Shown: positions 40,248 to 53,539 of the stretch, piece after piece
Layout of the letters: the number at the start of each line of letters is the position of its first letter
Position numbering within the stretch: position 1 is the stretch's first letter
NCBI RefSeq assembly: GCF_006345805.1
Contig: NC_043011.1
Span: 15,698,464 to 15,762,463 of the forward strand
From: Octopus sinensis
Lineage: Eukaryota
DNA: 64,000 nt
Direction of reading: 5' to 3'
Made by a program: the position numbers and the translations under genes
Notes under the pieces: generated by a model
The model's input: only the letters and a program-made list of their open reading frames with translations
Told to the model about the DNA's origin: nothing
Database searches by the model: none

Positions 40248-40343
40248 CAACACACAACACCAACATTCCCACCCACCACCACCACCACCACCACCAGAAC
40301 AACAACCACCACCACCACCAACATCACCACCACCACCACCGCC

Positions 40344-40375
<32 letters not shown>

Positions 40376-40464
40376 CAACAACAACACCAACATCACCACC
40401 ACCACCACCACCACCACCAGAACAACAACCACCACCACCACCAACATCACCACCACCACCACCG

Positions 40465-40495
<31 letters not shown>

Positions 40496-40538
40496 CAACA
40501 CCAACACCAACATCACCACCACCACCACCGCCACCACC

Positions 40539-40570
<32 letters not shown>

Positions 40571-40590
40571 CAACACCAACACCACCATCA
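39655..40590. repeat. Compound (CAC)/(CAA) trinucleotide repeat with higher-order units
   Basis: Landmark CCAGAACAACAACCACC recurs at about 39821, 39951, 40048, 40165, 40297 and 40420. Confidence 0.9.
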
Positions 40591-41849
40591 ACAAGAAAAC
40601 AGCAGCTTTGGCAGGGTTTTGGGTGTAGGAAACGAGAGTTTGCACCGTTGTCTCCAAGCCAGAAGACATCGCGTAGGTAGAATTTATACACCTGTATCTG
40701 ATCTCTCTTCTCATTTCTATTGTCTTTCTTGTTACAGCGTTTACTTTCTTTTAACTATTCGTACTTTCGTGCATGCTCAGTCTTTCCTTGGTTCCTCTAT
40801 TTTGCTTTTTCTGCTTTTTCGTGTCCGCATCATCATTATCCTGTTTGCTTTCAGAGGCCTTGTTTTCCTTTCTTCTTTCTCTTCTTTTCGTTTCACATTT
40901 TAACTCGTTCATCTTCTTGGTGTTCAAATTTGTGGTTCCAGGGCCATTAGAGCTCGTGTCTCCTTTCTTGACAAATCTCTCATTCGTGTTTTATCTCTGT
41001 TTCCTTAGGTGTCAGTGGAGCCAGGGAAACATCTCTCACATCATTGTATCTGTCCTTTTCAAATTTTATGTTCACGAATCCACTCCGAAGCTTTCACAAC
41101 CCTATTAAATGTCTCAAAGTTTCTCATTCCTTCAAGTGGTTCGCTTCAAAGTTGCAATTGTCTTCAATTTCTACATATTTAGTTTCCATTCATCCTTGAA
41201 GCTAATATGCAACCGCTTACATCCATTGCATCAGAACAACATTAGATTAAAATACTGACTTTTCGTAAATCGAATGTCTTTTGTAAATATTTTCCCAGTA
41301 TATGTATTCAATTTTTCTACATTAATTTCCTCGGTTATTTCAGCTTATATTACAGATAGATACTTCCGATAACACTCAGATCTTGACATCATTAGATCTA
41401 GGATAATTCACGCAGGTACCTGAAAGGGAAATATATAGCAGATAAACAGGTATGTGTATATATCCGTGTGTGTGTTTGTGTGTGCGTCTGTGTGTACGTG
41501 TGCCTGTGTGTTGTGCATATATATTTGTGTGTGTCCGTGTATCTTTGTTCCCCTCCACTTCTTGGCCACCGGTGGTGGTGTGTTTGCATTTTCCTAACTT
41601 AGCTGTTCGCCCTAAATACTGACAGAATAAGTACCACACTTGTATACTTATTTGTAGTTAAACAGAAATGCGCATACACACATGCATACATTGAAGCCTA
41701 TGAGTATATGGTGCGCAGATCTATACACCCACACACGCAGAACTAAACCCGACGCTTCCCCCACATACATATTTATAAATATATATGCATGTATGTACAT
41801 ATATATATATACATAAATATATATGTGACCGCGTGTGTACCGTTGGCGA

Positions 41850-42030
41850 TTTTTTTTCCTCCGTCTTCCCTTCTCTGGATCTTTCCTTTTCCTGTTTCTA
41901 ACGAAGAGCTTCGCTCGAAACTTTGCACCCTCCTTCTTCCCTTCCTTCCGGAGCGTCCAATAATACTATCTTTGTTCTACGTCCTCGCATTGTTGTGTTT
42001 TGTCTTTGTGTTTTCATGTTTGGATTAACT
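41850..42030 (+). mobile_element. Pseudo-LTR-like repeat with mutated minimal hammerhead (41898-41925)
   Basis: CTAACGA A GAGC TTC GCTC GAAA CTT: stem II intact; G5 and stem III mutated. Confidence 0.5.
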
Positions 42031-42078
42031 ATATATATATGTATCTATGTGTGTGTATATATATATTTATATATATAT

Positions 42079-42127
<49 letters not shown>

Positions 42128-42188
42128 CACATATATATATATACATATATATATACATATATATATATAAATATATGTATATATATAT

Positions 42189-42243
<55 letters not shown>

Positions 42244-44519
42244 CGCATAATAATAATACATATATACACAAACAGATATACATATACATAAATACAGGTA
42301 CTTGTGTGCATAAGTGTCTTTGAATATTATGTTGAATATATTTTATATATGAAGTATATAAAATCTAAAACATTAAAAATGTAAGCAGTAGAATAATGTC
42401 TGAGAGGCAAACACAAAGCGTTATTGCTCACTTGGGCAGGTGGAAGTATTCATGACAAATAGGATATGAAAAGTAACATTGCGAACATTAGAACTGTATT
42501 AAGTTTAGATGTTTAATTTATCAGAACAACTCATAAGCAGCTGCAATTGAATGACCACATTGGTCATATATTTCTGTTGTACGACATAATGGCTAGACGC
42601 CTTTAGAATGTTTGTATCTATATGTGTAGAGTATATTCACGTGTTTAAGAGTGTGTAGTATGTATAGACATTTATTCAGATGATTAAGTATATTTAATCT
42701 TTATCATTTCCATCGTGATGTTTAATGATTATATGTAGAATATATGAGAAGTCGTATCTATAATTTATAAGAAACATAAAGAGAAGTGTTCTAATGCAAA
42801 CCCGTAATATCCCTAAACGTAAACAATGGCGTAAATACAAATTAATTCTGAAAACTATTCACCTTTCCGACTCTGTTTTTACTTTCCTCGAAAATATTTC
42901 TGTCATTGTTCTAAGGAAAATGGAAGTTGAGTTAATAATTTAGAATAGTAGCAAAGATTAAAGAAGTGTGTGACGAAAGTTATATATAAAGTAACAGGTA
43001 ATTGGAAATTGTATAATGTGTGAAAATTCTAGGGAAAATCTCAGGTAGACAAATTGATATTTATCTAAATGACATCTATAGAAAAATTCCTCTTCTCAGT
43101 TCAGGTAATGGCTAAATCGAATAGCAAATGTTAAAAATAATATCTGCTCTGTCTAGATGAATTCAATTCTTCAAGATTAATGACTAGAGCCAACATATAC
43201 AATAGGCAGAGTTGTAATCACGATAGTAGCCGAAAGCCAAAAAGCAAGGAAATTAAAAGTCTTTCATTTCCTTGTAACTTTAATCGTTTAAAGATTCCAA
43301 TATACATTTCTGATATTTCGTTTTAAATATTGTATCCACAAAGATATTATTCTTGTCAATTATTAGAAGTTTTACCCAGCTGCGAGTTGCACAAATATCA
43401 TATTACTAAACTACAAAACAAGGCTTGAGCGTGTATATGATTTGAGGCAGAAGTGTATTTAGCTGTAAAGAAGGGCATGGGCAAAAGGAGACACAAATAA
43501 ACAGTAAAAGATATATAAACATAAATGTGTGTAAGAGATAGAGAAACTTATGTATTTGTGTTGGTGTGTGTACAAGCGTTCTCGGAACCGCAAAAGAAAC
43601 GGGATTTTTACAAATGTAATTTATAATATGGTAAAGTTCTGAAAACTTATTTTGGGGATGTAAGTGTCAATATTGCAAGACATGGCTGAGACCCAAATCG
43701 CAGGTAACCTTTCAACTTTCTCGCAAAAGAGACGCCAAAACACAGCTGCGTTGAATGCCGTGGTTGGCAGTCGCAAAAAATTGTCATGGAAACCGAATTG
43801 CAAGCGCGTTTCATGGAGATTTTCCAGCAGGACAATGCTTCTTTCCCTCCGGCCAGAAATGGCTAAACCAGGTGGTCTCAAGGCCGACAACGTGTGTGGA
43901 ACTGGAGGGGCACAGATGCCAATGGCGTTTGTGAACCACTTCATGCATTCCATGTACCGACGGTGTGTGGCCGTTTTGCACACAGGGAGGGTTTACACGG
44001 TGTTGAACATGTCACGCCTTACAATCTCGATGTGCTGGATCCGCCCACTACCAAAACACACGACAAGAATCCATAGACTGCATCCAAGAAATTGACGTCA
44101 TCAGATTTATCAAAAGTTATCTCTGACAATGAAATTAAAACATATTTCACAGTCACATTCGTCTCACGTTTCTTTTGCAGTTCAGTGTATATGCATATAT
44201 TCAGTGTGTATGTGTATGTACAGAAAAAAGCCTCTAGCAGATGTAACTTATATTCTGAAATTCTAAGGTTGTACCTATTTATCTAACTTTCTAACCATCT
44301 AGCTATCTATCTGTCTGTCATCTCTCTTGCTGTCTCAATAGATAGTATATCCTCGCAGTATGTGTGCACCATTATACAAGTAATTTGCTGTAGAGCGGTA
44401 ATTTTTGCTTTAAAGTACGGTTGAAAATAGGCAGTATGAGGGAGTTTCGTACAAGCCACTGCTACTCGGCGCTGAGCTCGCACACGCTCTCCCAACAAAC
44501 ACAGCCTCCGCTCGCTCAG

Positions 44520-44885
44520 TTCACGTGATTATTCTATGTCTTTGTGCAGCTGACGTTTGCTCTGAGTTCTTGTGCACAACATATTTAGAAGCTATGGGTA
44601 TCATATAATAGGCGTGGAGGAGCTGCACTCTTTTGTTTATAGTCTCCAACCAAAGTTCAGTTACAAGGACACGGAATATATTGTTAGGGCGCCTAGTGGG
44701 GTAATCTGTTGTTACCTTGATATTTTGGTGGGTGGAGTTAGCAACGAGAAGAATGCTCTTCATTATGTTCCTCTCGGTTTCTACACTACAGTTACTAGAG
44801 TTTGTCCTAACTAGAATATGAATGCCATCTTCATCCCTATAGTAAAGCAAAACAGTTATGGATTGTTTAGCTAAAGATTAAAAAT
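44520..44885 (-). pseudogene. Penelope-like RT fragment (second family), inverted relative to 46380-46740
   Basis: YRDEDGIHI..IKVTTDYPTRRPNN..ELW..HAYYMIPIASKYVVHKNS; roughly 80% identical by eye to the plus-strand copy. Confidence 0.8.
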
Positions 44886-45479
44886 AAGATGGAGGTTAAG
44901 ACAAGACAACAACACAAACATGCGAAACGAAAGCAACAATAACAATAGCAATGTTAATGACAACAAAAATAGTAACAATATCAACAATGACAACCACAAC
45001 ATCCACCAGACAAAGAACCATAACAACAACAATAACGAGGATAATAACAATAACAATGACAATAATAACAATAACCGCAACATCCTACACACAGACATCA
45101 CCAGCCACAACATCACCACACTGCCACCAACACCAGCACTACCCACAACAATAACAATAATAATCACCACAACAACAACAATGAACACAACAGTAGCACC
45201 ACAACCTCCAGCAACAACAGTGGTAGCAACCATAAGAGCAACAGCTAAAAGGATAGTAACATCGGTAGTTCCCGTGACTCTGTTTTCCATAACCCCAAAT
45301 ACAAATCATACGACATGACCAGGATCTACCCCCACAGACTTATCCTTCAACAAAAGGCTATGTATCCACCGACACTCTGACAGTAGGAGAGGGGCAAATA
45401 TTTCCTTCGCTTGAAAGAGACTTCGCCACGTCTTAGACATCAAAACCACTAAAGAGAACAGTCATCTGTTGCCAAAGGC

Positions 45480-47470
45480 CTACAAAAACTGATATATCGA
45501 ATTAGGAACAGGGAATTAGTGTCCCTCTCTACGGACAAATCTGGCAGACTCTCGATAGAAAGCCCACATATCTATGTCCAGGTCATGTAGCAGCACATCA
45601 GGAGCATCAGAGAAGTTGTACCACAGGAAGAGTGGAAAAACCTCTCAATACACACATAGGAATGTAGTGCAACATAATCCAAGCCCCAAAACGGACCCCA
45701 TACAATTTCCAAGCATTCAACAACAATGTTACTACGCTATTCGGGTTACATAAGGACCATTAAACCTACGCAAATCCTATTAGGGGCCCCTAACCCGTCG
45801 AGTTTTTGGATCGAATATTTCCACTCACTGAAATGTCCTCGGATGTCTGTGTGAGAACGGAGGGTCCACCCAGTAAAATTAGTAGATGCAGCCACTCCAA
45901 CGACTTTGCTGGTTGTGTAGTGGGTAGTATAGATGTAGTGTCACTCTATCCATGTATAGACATAGATTTTGCTGTGTAAAAATGCATTGAGATTTTCTGT
46001 AAGAATGAAGTAGAGTTCCCCGAAGTCAACACGAGGGAACCGGGCCTCTTCCTTAAACTGAGTTATGACTGTAACTGCCTAGACAATCATGAGCTCAGTA
46101 GATTCTGCCCCACCAGGTCACAAAAGTGAACAGTACCCACCTTCACCTCGGGAGTTAAGGAAAGCACCGCAGAGCGCTGAGGTAGCTGGACCATACCTAC
46201 CCAGGACGCTGAGAACAGCAATCAGGAAAGAAATAATGATTGCACGTGCAATATGGGCTAGCATAAGAACCATCTTGAAGAACCACATAGTAAAGTTTAA
46301 CAGGAAACTATACATGAAGGTCCAAGGTGCAGCCAGTGATATCAGTGTGGCTTCATGATCTCGTGGACAGATAATTTAACTAATCCTTAGCTAAACGATG
46401 CACAACTGTTTTGCTTTACTGTAGGGATGTAGATGACGTCAATATTCTACTTAGGACACAATCTAGTAACGGTAACGTAAAAACCGATAGGAGCATAACG
46501 AGGAGCATACAAATCGTTGCTAACTCCACCCACCAAATTATCAAGGTAACTATAAATTACCACACTAGGCACCCTAACAGTATACTCTCCGTCCTTGTAA
46601 ATGAACTTTGGTTCAATACAATGAACACAAGAGTGCAGCTCCTCCACACTCCCTTTATATGATACCCATAGCTTCTAAATATGTTGTTCACAAGAACTCA
46701 GTTTTGTCACACATGATAAACAACATACTGATAGCAGACTTAGTTAGGATAATGAATAACGTGTTCCCCTTTATGCTAACCCTATGAAACAAGGGAAGAT
46801 GTACAGAACTTCTTGCACCGCATGAAAGTCTCTCGATATTACCAGAAAGATAGGATTCGGGTATGCAGGAGAGCTAGAAAGAAGTTAGATAGCATTATAT
46901 GTACTGGAACCAGCAGTGCCTCCTCGAGATACAGAGGTAAAGACAGGAATAGGATACAGGTGGTTTGTTACAAAGGAGACAAGGTGAACACATGGTACAA
47001 GGCCGATAAATTATCAAGGATTGGTGTTTGTAGAGAGCGCAGCCCACGGAGAACTAACCCGAAGATTTAAGAAAGCTCTGAAAGAGACCAAACTTAACAT
47101 TAAAATCGTTGAAAAACCAGGGAACTCCATCAGCTTACAGTTATGTACGACGTACCCATTTGAAAATACTGAATGCACGAATGAGAACTGCATGGCACAT
47201 AGGTTGTACCCTGGCATTAACTGTAGAATTAGAAATGTAGTGTACAGCATAAGGTACACAGAGTGCTTTTAAAGACAAGAGCATGATATACATTGGTGAG
47301 ACATGTAGAAGAACTGCGTGGAGATTAAATGGACATTTGAAACAATATGACAAAAACCAATCCTCCATACTCTACCAACATGGAGGCACGCTAGGTCGAT
47401 TTGACATCCGCATTTTATCCATGTACCCGAAGGACCCAACAATCAGAGAAAGACAGGATTACGTCCTCAT
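45480..47470 (+). pseudogene. Decayed Penelope-like element ORF (RT + Cys-rich linker + GIY-YIG), second family
   Basis: TDKSGRL, VVGSIDVVSLYPCID, NHIVKFNRKLY, RDVDDV, IKIVEKPGNSI, CTNENCM..NCRIRNVVY..YIGETCR..HL; many stops and frameshifts. Confidence 0.88.
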
Positions 47471-47902
47471 TTGGAAAATACCCTGTACTAAACAGATCTC
47501 TACCAAAGTGGTACAACAAAAAAGTGTTTCATTAAATATAGTACAAGCTGAAATATACACTAGTGTTCAAAAATTGTACAGAAACCATGCATGGCAGTGC
47601 TTTAGTATGGTCACACTCAAATAATGAAAACTAATTACATGTGAATGTCTGTGTGTACTGTGTTTGCTTGAGTGCTGTGTATGCGTATGAATGTGTGCCT
47701 GTGTGTATGTGTTTTTATGTACTTTTTTAAGCAAAGGAAATCCATGTATGAGATCAGCTAAAGAAATACCGAAATATAATACGTTTATGTCTATACACAA
47801 AATTGCTTCATCTGATTTCCGCACATTACTGCAGTTTATTATTCAATATAACCCACGTATTTAATAATCTATATACAATAGTCCGTGTAAATATAATAAT
47901 TG

Positions 47903-47952
47903 GTGATTGACTGACGAGCTATGAGAAAGAAATCAATATTATATGAATACAC
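47903..47952 (+). ncRNA. Strongly degenerate hammerhead candidate downstream of the PLE ORF
   Basis: GTGATTGA CTGACGA GCT atgag AAA GAAA TCAATATT ATA TGAATACAC; stem II 3' strand and stem I are partly lost. Confidence 0.3.
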
Positions 47953-49528
47953 TTTCAAAATATACGCTTATGCTCCAAATGATCAAACGGAAATTGCCTA
48001 AATCTAATTGCCTAGAAGAAACTGGCAAAATTACGAATTTTCAAGAGACAATATATTTAAAATTATACATTTGTGAAATGATTAAGTCATTGATCATTGT
48101 TATTATAAGGTAAAATAATAGGCAATTGGAAACTATTCGTGAAAACAATAATGCAATTTAAGTAAAATAATTATTATAGTTGTTCGGTGGAAATATAGAT
48201 GTAATCATGTTAAGACGTAATTGTAATGTCATAATAGAGGAGAGTGTATTTGATTGAAATAGCCGACAAATAGATCTATTAACTACAAAACAGCGTAATA
48301 CCATGATGTATGCGTTTCGACCAGGTAGCCATAATTTGTTGCCTAATTTAATTTTCCTTAGCCTTTCGCTTAACTAACCATACAAATAATCTCAATCTTC
48401 TCGTTTCGCCAAACTTGAATCCCGCACCAGATAAAAAATAATTCATGATAGTGGACAGGAATCGAAATATCGGCCTTGTAAACATAAGAACGGTTATTTC
48501 TATGGATATTTATTTTAGAAATATATATTTTTAACCATAGAAAATACTGATCATATAATTTATGATCGTGCATATATTTATTATACATCTTGGAGAAAAC
48601 TATCGCCGCTACTTACTTTCCACCAGCTCCATTAATAAATTTCAGAATATGCAGGGAAACAACAAATGGTTGACAATAATTGAGAAACTATTCGGAATAC
48701 TTGCCATTATCATTAACATCACCATTAGCATCACAATATTAGTTAGAACTGACTTATAAGTTCGTATTGAATTAGCGTATAACAAATATTACGCACTGTA
48801 TTATATTTGGAGTCGAGGGGCGCATATTCGCAGAGAGTCAAGAACAAACCTTCAAATTAGTTAATTTTCCAAATATTCTTCATACTGACGTCTCCATTCC
48901 CCACGCCAAAGGAATATTTCCTGCAGTTAGGTAATAATTTTCTAAGATGAACCTGTTACATCCCTAATAATTAGAAGACTAATATATAAAAAGGCGAAGA
49001 TTTTGTTTCTAGTTCCAAATACAGGTTCGTTTAAGCTATGTCCCTATACACTGTGTTTCTATACACATTAAGATGACTTTTACAGTTTCACCGAAATCAA
49101 CCGAGAGCAAGTCAATGAGAACTAATAATTCATGACTCAAATCCTCATATATAAATGCGTGATACATTATGCACTCCTCATATGCTTATAGCTTAGTGTA
49201 ATTCAGGACTGCTGGCTTTCCAAATCCTTTGTCCATATTGCGCACATAAAACTGTTAGATCTGAATGGTGCAATAAAAATGGAGTAAGCAGTTCTGTTGT
49301 TCTGAACATATTTGGAATAATTCCCAATAAAGCCAATGCAATAGCAGTTTCTCCAGAAACTTATGTCAGTAATTGTTCAATAGATGTAAAAACCTTTGTC
49401 CAAGTCTAATTGTAGCAAGCTGTTTAAAGAAACTCTCGAATAAAAGTTGCATATGCATGCATACATGCATGCATGCAAACACACACAGACGCGCGCCCAC
49501 ACACACGCTCGCATATATATATATATTG

Positions 49529-49602
<74 letters not shown>

Positions 49603-49801
49603 TGTGTGTGTGTGTGTATATACAGATATTCCTTTCGCGTGGGGAATGAAGACGTCTGTATAAATAATATTTGGAAAATTAACTAATTGAAGTTTTGTCC
49701 TTGACTCTCTGCGAATATGCGCTCATCGCTCCCAAAATAATATAGTGTCTAATATTTGATATACGCTAATTCAATAAGAACGTGTAAGTTACTTCTAACT
49801 A

Positions 49802-49856
49802 TATTATATCCATATTCTTCTCATATATATGTATATGAGAAGGATATGGATATAAT
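49802..49856. repeat. Near-perfect hairpin/palindrome (~26-bp arms)
   Basis: TATTATATCCATATTCTTCTCATATA / TATATGAGAAGGATATGGATATAATA, one mismatch. Confidence 0.8.
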
Positions 49857-49937
49857 AATAATAGGACACTCGTGGTTTACGCTGGTATGTCTTTAATTAA
49901 ATAGATAACAAAGGAGGAAGAAGCAGAGAAGAGGGTA

Positions 49938-49988
49938 GCATTTACGATCGTTTTAATTTACTGGTTTAAGTAAATCTCTTCAGAATGC
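49938..49988 (-). ncRNA. Minimal hammerhead with G12 mutated to A (predicted inactive)
   Basis: Minus strand GCATT CTGAAGA GATTTACT taaacc AGTAAATT AAAA CGATCG TA AATGC: 5-bp stem I, 8-bp stem II, palindromic stem III. Confidence 0.75.
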
Positions 49989-50190
49989 GAGTATAGATAG
50001 ATGCATCGGTTTGAATGCGACAATAATTGATACATATGTGATGGTAATGCGCTGGTAAATTCCCTGGGTGGAAGTTTGCTTGTGGTAGATTGGTTAGTTT
50101 CGTTGGGTAATTAGGGTGGGGTGAGTATTATTTAGGTGCGGGTTTGTCGCCTGATATACTTTTCTTATACATACATACACACACACACAC

Positions 50191-50259
<69 letters not shown>

Positions 50260-51629
50260 GTGTGTGTGTATAAATCTTATGAGAAGTGTGTGCCCAATTG
50301 TGAGGGCAATAAAAGAGATTACTGAAGGACAAAGTTAGAATGGTGTTTTATATGAGAAATTGGTATTTGTAACCCTCACTGAGGTGCTTGCTCAAATAGT
50401 GCCCCATTACAAGTTACAGTTCTCTTACGTCTTGATTCATTCTTGTTTTACCCCACAAGGGAAGCTTGAGGTGGGATTACCTGTGCATTACGAGAGTTGC
50501 ATCTTTTTGCATCATAGTTTCGCAAAAGTTCCTTAAGAAAAGCTGACTTTGCTTAAAGCTAAGTAAATAGGCCACCTACAGTTACAATGTATCAACAATT
50601 ATTACTTAGATATTTGCATCGCATGTTTTCATGCTGTGTTTTCCCGAGCTACGCTTCATTAGTATAATATCTTACATATCATCGATATCTTTATACATTA
50701 ACATCATTTTATTCGTGTCAGTCAGCTTACACAGATTTTATATGTTAGAAATATTTCCAAATACTGTGCTGTATTTGTATATGTATTCAGGTGGCATATT
50801 TCTTCTCAAATGCTCTCAGTCAATAGGCTAATGTCTATTTCTGTATTGTGTAACGAGTGTAGAAGATAAAAACTTTGCAACCGTTTGTGTATGTTTAGAA
50901 ACATGACTTAACACTTTTGTTTTTCACAAATCATTAGAAAATATTTATATTTTGTGTTTTATTAGAGTTTCTCTCCTATTGTTGCTTTAATCATGTGTGA
51001 CTTGAAATGAGTTATTCTGCATCTTTTTCTCTTCGATTTTTATAAATCAACGTTACGGATAACAAAGTAGTAAATCTATTCTGGATAATTTCTTAATTTG
51101 ATACAAGATAACCTCCTAGCTTACTTATATAAGCCTTCATCCCTTTCAAGCTCTAGAGAATTATATTAATGACAAGCAGTCATAATGAAATCATTATCAC
51201 ATTGAGTTTACTTTCAGCATGACATGAGACTAATTATTACTTCAAGCTAAGAATCAAACTACATTCAACTTAATTAGAGCTCCTGGAATATTGTTGTTGC
51301 GTTAAATAAATAAATAAAAAGGAGAGAAGTTTATGACAACTAGGGATGTCACTGTAAATGCTCAAATATTTCCCTCTAAATATAAAGCAAGATGTAAAAC
51401 TAATTATTATAACAACAATTCTTATCTTAGGCAATATATCACTCGTTCTATTTAAACTTAGGAATTAAATACATATACACACACACTTGAACACACGCAA
51501 ACACACACACATACGCAAGCTCACATACATATGCATCTTAAGACATTGATACCTTATTTGGGGTAGCAGATTTCAAACTTCAATTCTTGCAAAAATTCTT
51601 TATTTTTACCTGGTTGTCATTAGAATATA

Positions 51630-51854
51630 TATTTCTTTACTACCCACAAGGGGCTACACACAAAGGGGACAAACAAGGACAGACAAACGGATTACGTCAA
51701 CCCCAATGCGTAACTGGTACTTAATTTATCGACCCCGAAAGGATGAAAGGCAAAGTCGACCTCGGCGGAATTTGAACTCAGAACGTAACGGTAGACGAAA
51801 TACAGCTACGCATTTCGCCCAGCGCGCTAACGTTTCTGCCAGCTCGCCGCATTT
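51630..51854 (-). mobile_element. tRNA-derived SINE, group C (full length, with TSD)
   Basis: Head GCGGCGAGCTGGCAGAAACGTTAGCGCGC, core as at 35228; 17-bp direct repeat GTTGTCATTAGAATATA at 51613-51629 and 51855-51871. Confidence 0.92.
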
Positions 51855-52684
51855 GTTGTCATTAGAATATAGCCATATCTATATCCCTATTCTATGATAT
51901 AATCCATCGCACCAAAAACACAATATGTAATTCGACATCTGCCCTCAAACTTTCCAGCTTCCTCTCAAAACGTTACGTAGTGAGAAGAAATATAATGGTT
52001 GTCGTTTCGTCTAAAACGTGTTGGAAGACTAGAAGTAAAGAATCTGTTTTTGCTCAACCGATTTCTTCTTTCATCAAGAAATGCTGATAAATACGCACGT
52101 GTATCTACTAGATGTCGCGCCTCAAACCCATTACCGAATGGATGTAATTCACAAAATAATTATCTCTTCCTTTAATATAATTATTTCTCTGTAATTATCC
52201 ACTCAACCACTGTTAATCGCCTCCTATCTCAGTGCCATGACGATGCTCCCAATTATACTACTGTCGATTGAAAAGCTTGTCAGAACATTAGAAATCACAT
52301 CTAGCATTTTCGAATGCACATCGTGGACAAGACTGTACACACTCACTGATGCATCCCCTTCCAAAGCGCACCCTTGATAAGACATAAGCCATACTCACAA
52401 ATTGAGATCAGACCCTGCACTTAGGCATCGTTTATCAAGCAGCTTCTGCAAGCCTTTACGTTTAAGAACAGACACAAAATGCAAACATCACTAGGTAGAA
52501 CATAGCAGCTTGAATTTATTGCAGCATGTCACTTCAGGTATTTGGGATCGTTCAACGGCATGCCAAATTCTCAATCAGAAATCTCGCGTGTTAAGGCAGC
52601 ATTCGTTTTGAGTATAGAGAAAAATGGTTCATAGACTTTTCTTGCACTAGTATGATGTTACTGTAACCATGCCAAAAACATTCT

Positions 52685-52900
<216 letters not shown>

Positions 52901-52940
52901 ATGATACACAATAAGAAGAAGAACAATAATAATGATTTCG

Positions 52941-53045
52941 AATTTTAGCACAAGGCCAGCAATTTCAGGTGAAGATCTAATTCGATTACATCGAACCTAG
53001 TATTCAACTGGTACTTCTTTTATCAACCCCGAAAGAATGAAAGGT
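52941..53045 (-). mobile_element. 3' fragment of a group C SINE
   Basis: GCACAAGGCC..AATTT..AACTGGTACTTCTTTTATCAACCCCGAAAGAATGAAAGG; another decayed core at 53410-53525. Confidence 0.7.
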
Positions 53046-53539
53046 GTTGTAATGAGAGAGATAGACTTGTCCGAGTATAAGTTGCAACGATCCGAGTGAA
53101 TTCAAAGTTTAGAGTTCGGAGTTGAGTGAAGTTCGTGTTAGTTCTCAGTGAAGTCAGAAAGTGTTGTTTGGTCAGTTCACAAGGAATATTAATTGTTGGT
53201 TCATAAAGAAAACTGTTAGTACGTTACAATATTTTTTTACTGTTGTCTGGTTATCTTATTTATTGTACATAACAAATTAAGTTTCAAGAAAAAGCAGAGA
53301 CCAAATGCCACTAGCATTTTGCTCGTCGTGTCACCGATTCTGACAGTTAACGGTTTCCAGTTTTGGCACAAGAATAGTATCTGCGCGAGAGGATGTAAGT
53401 TGAGTACATTGACCCTATTGCTCATCCCGTATTATTCACTCAACCCCGAAAGACTGAATAGCAAAGTGAACCTCGGCAAATTTTAACTCAGAGCGTAGAA
53501 AAGGACGCAATGCTGCAAAATATTGAACTAGATGATCTA

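Noticed and set aside
43632-44125. Cys-rich plus frame broken only by TGA (selenoprotein idea) and an FQQDNA Tc1-like motif
   Set aside because: TGA in a shifted frame follows naturally from NTG-AAN codon pairs; no SECIS seen; FWGC, FQQDNA and WP fall in different frames with wrong spacing for a Tc1 DDE domain.
52330-52590. LINE RT-like FRYLGS..SEISR peptide
   Set aside because: Single short motif with stops; other RT motifs not convincingly present.
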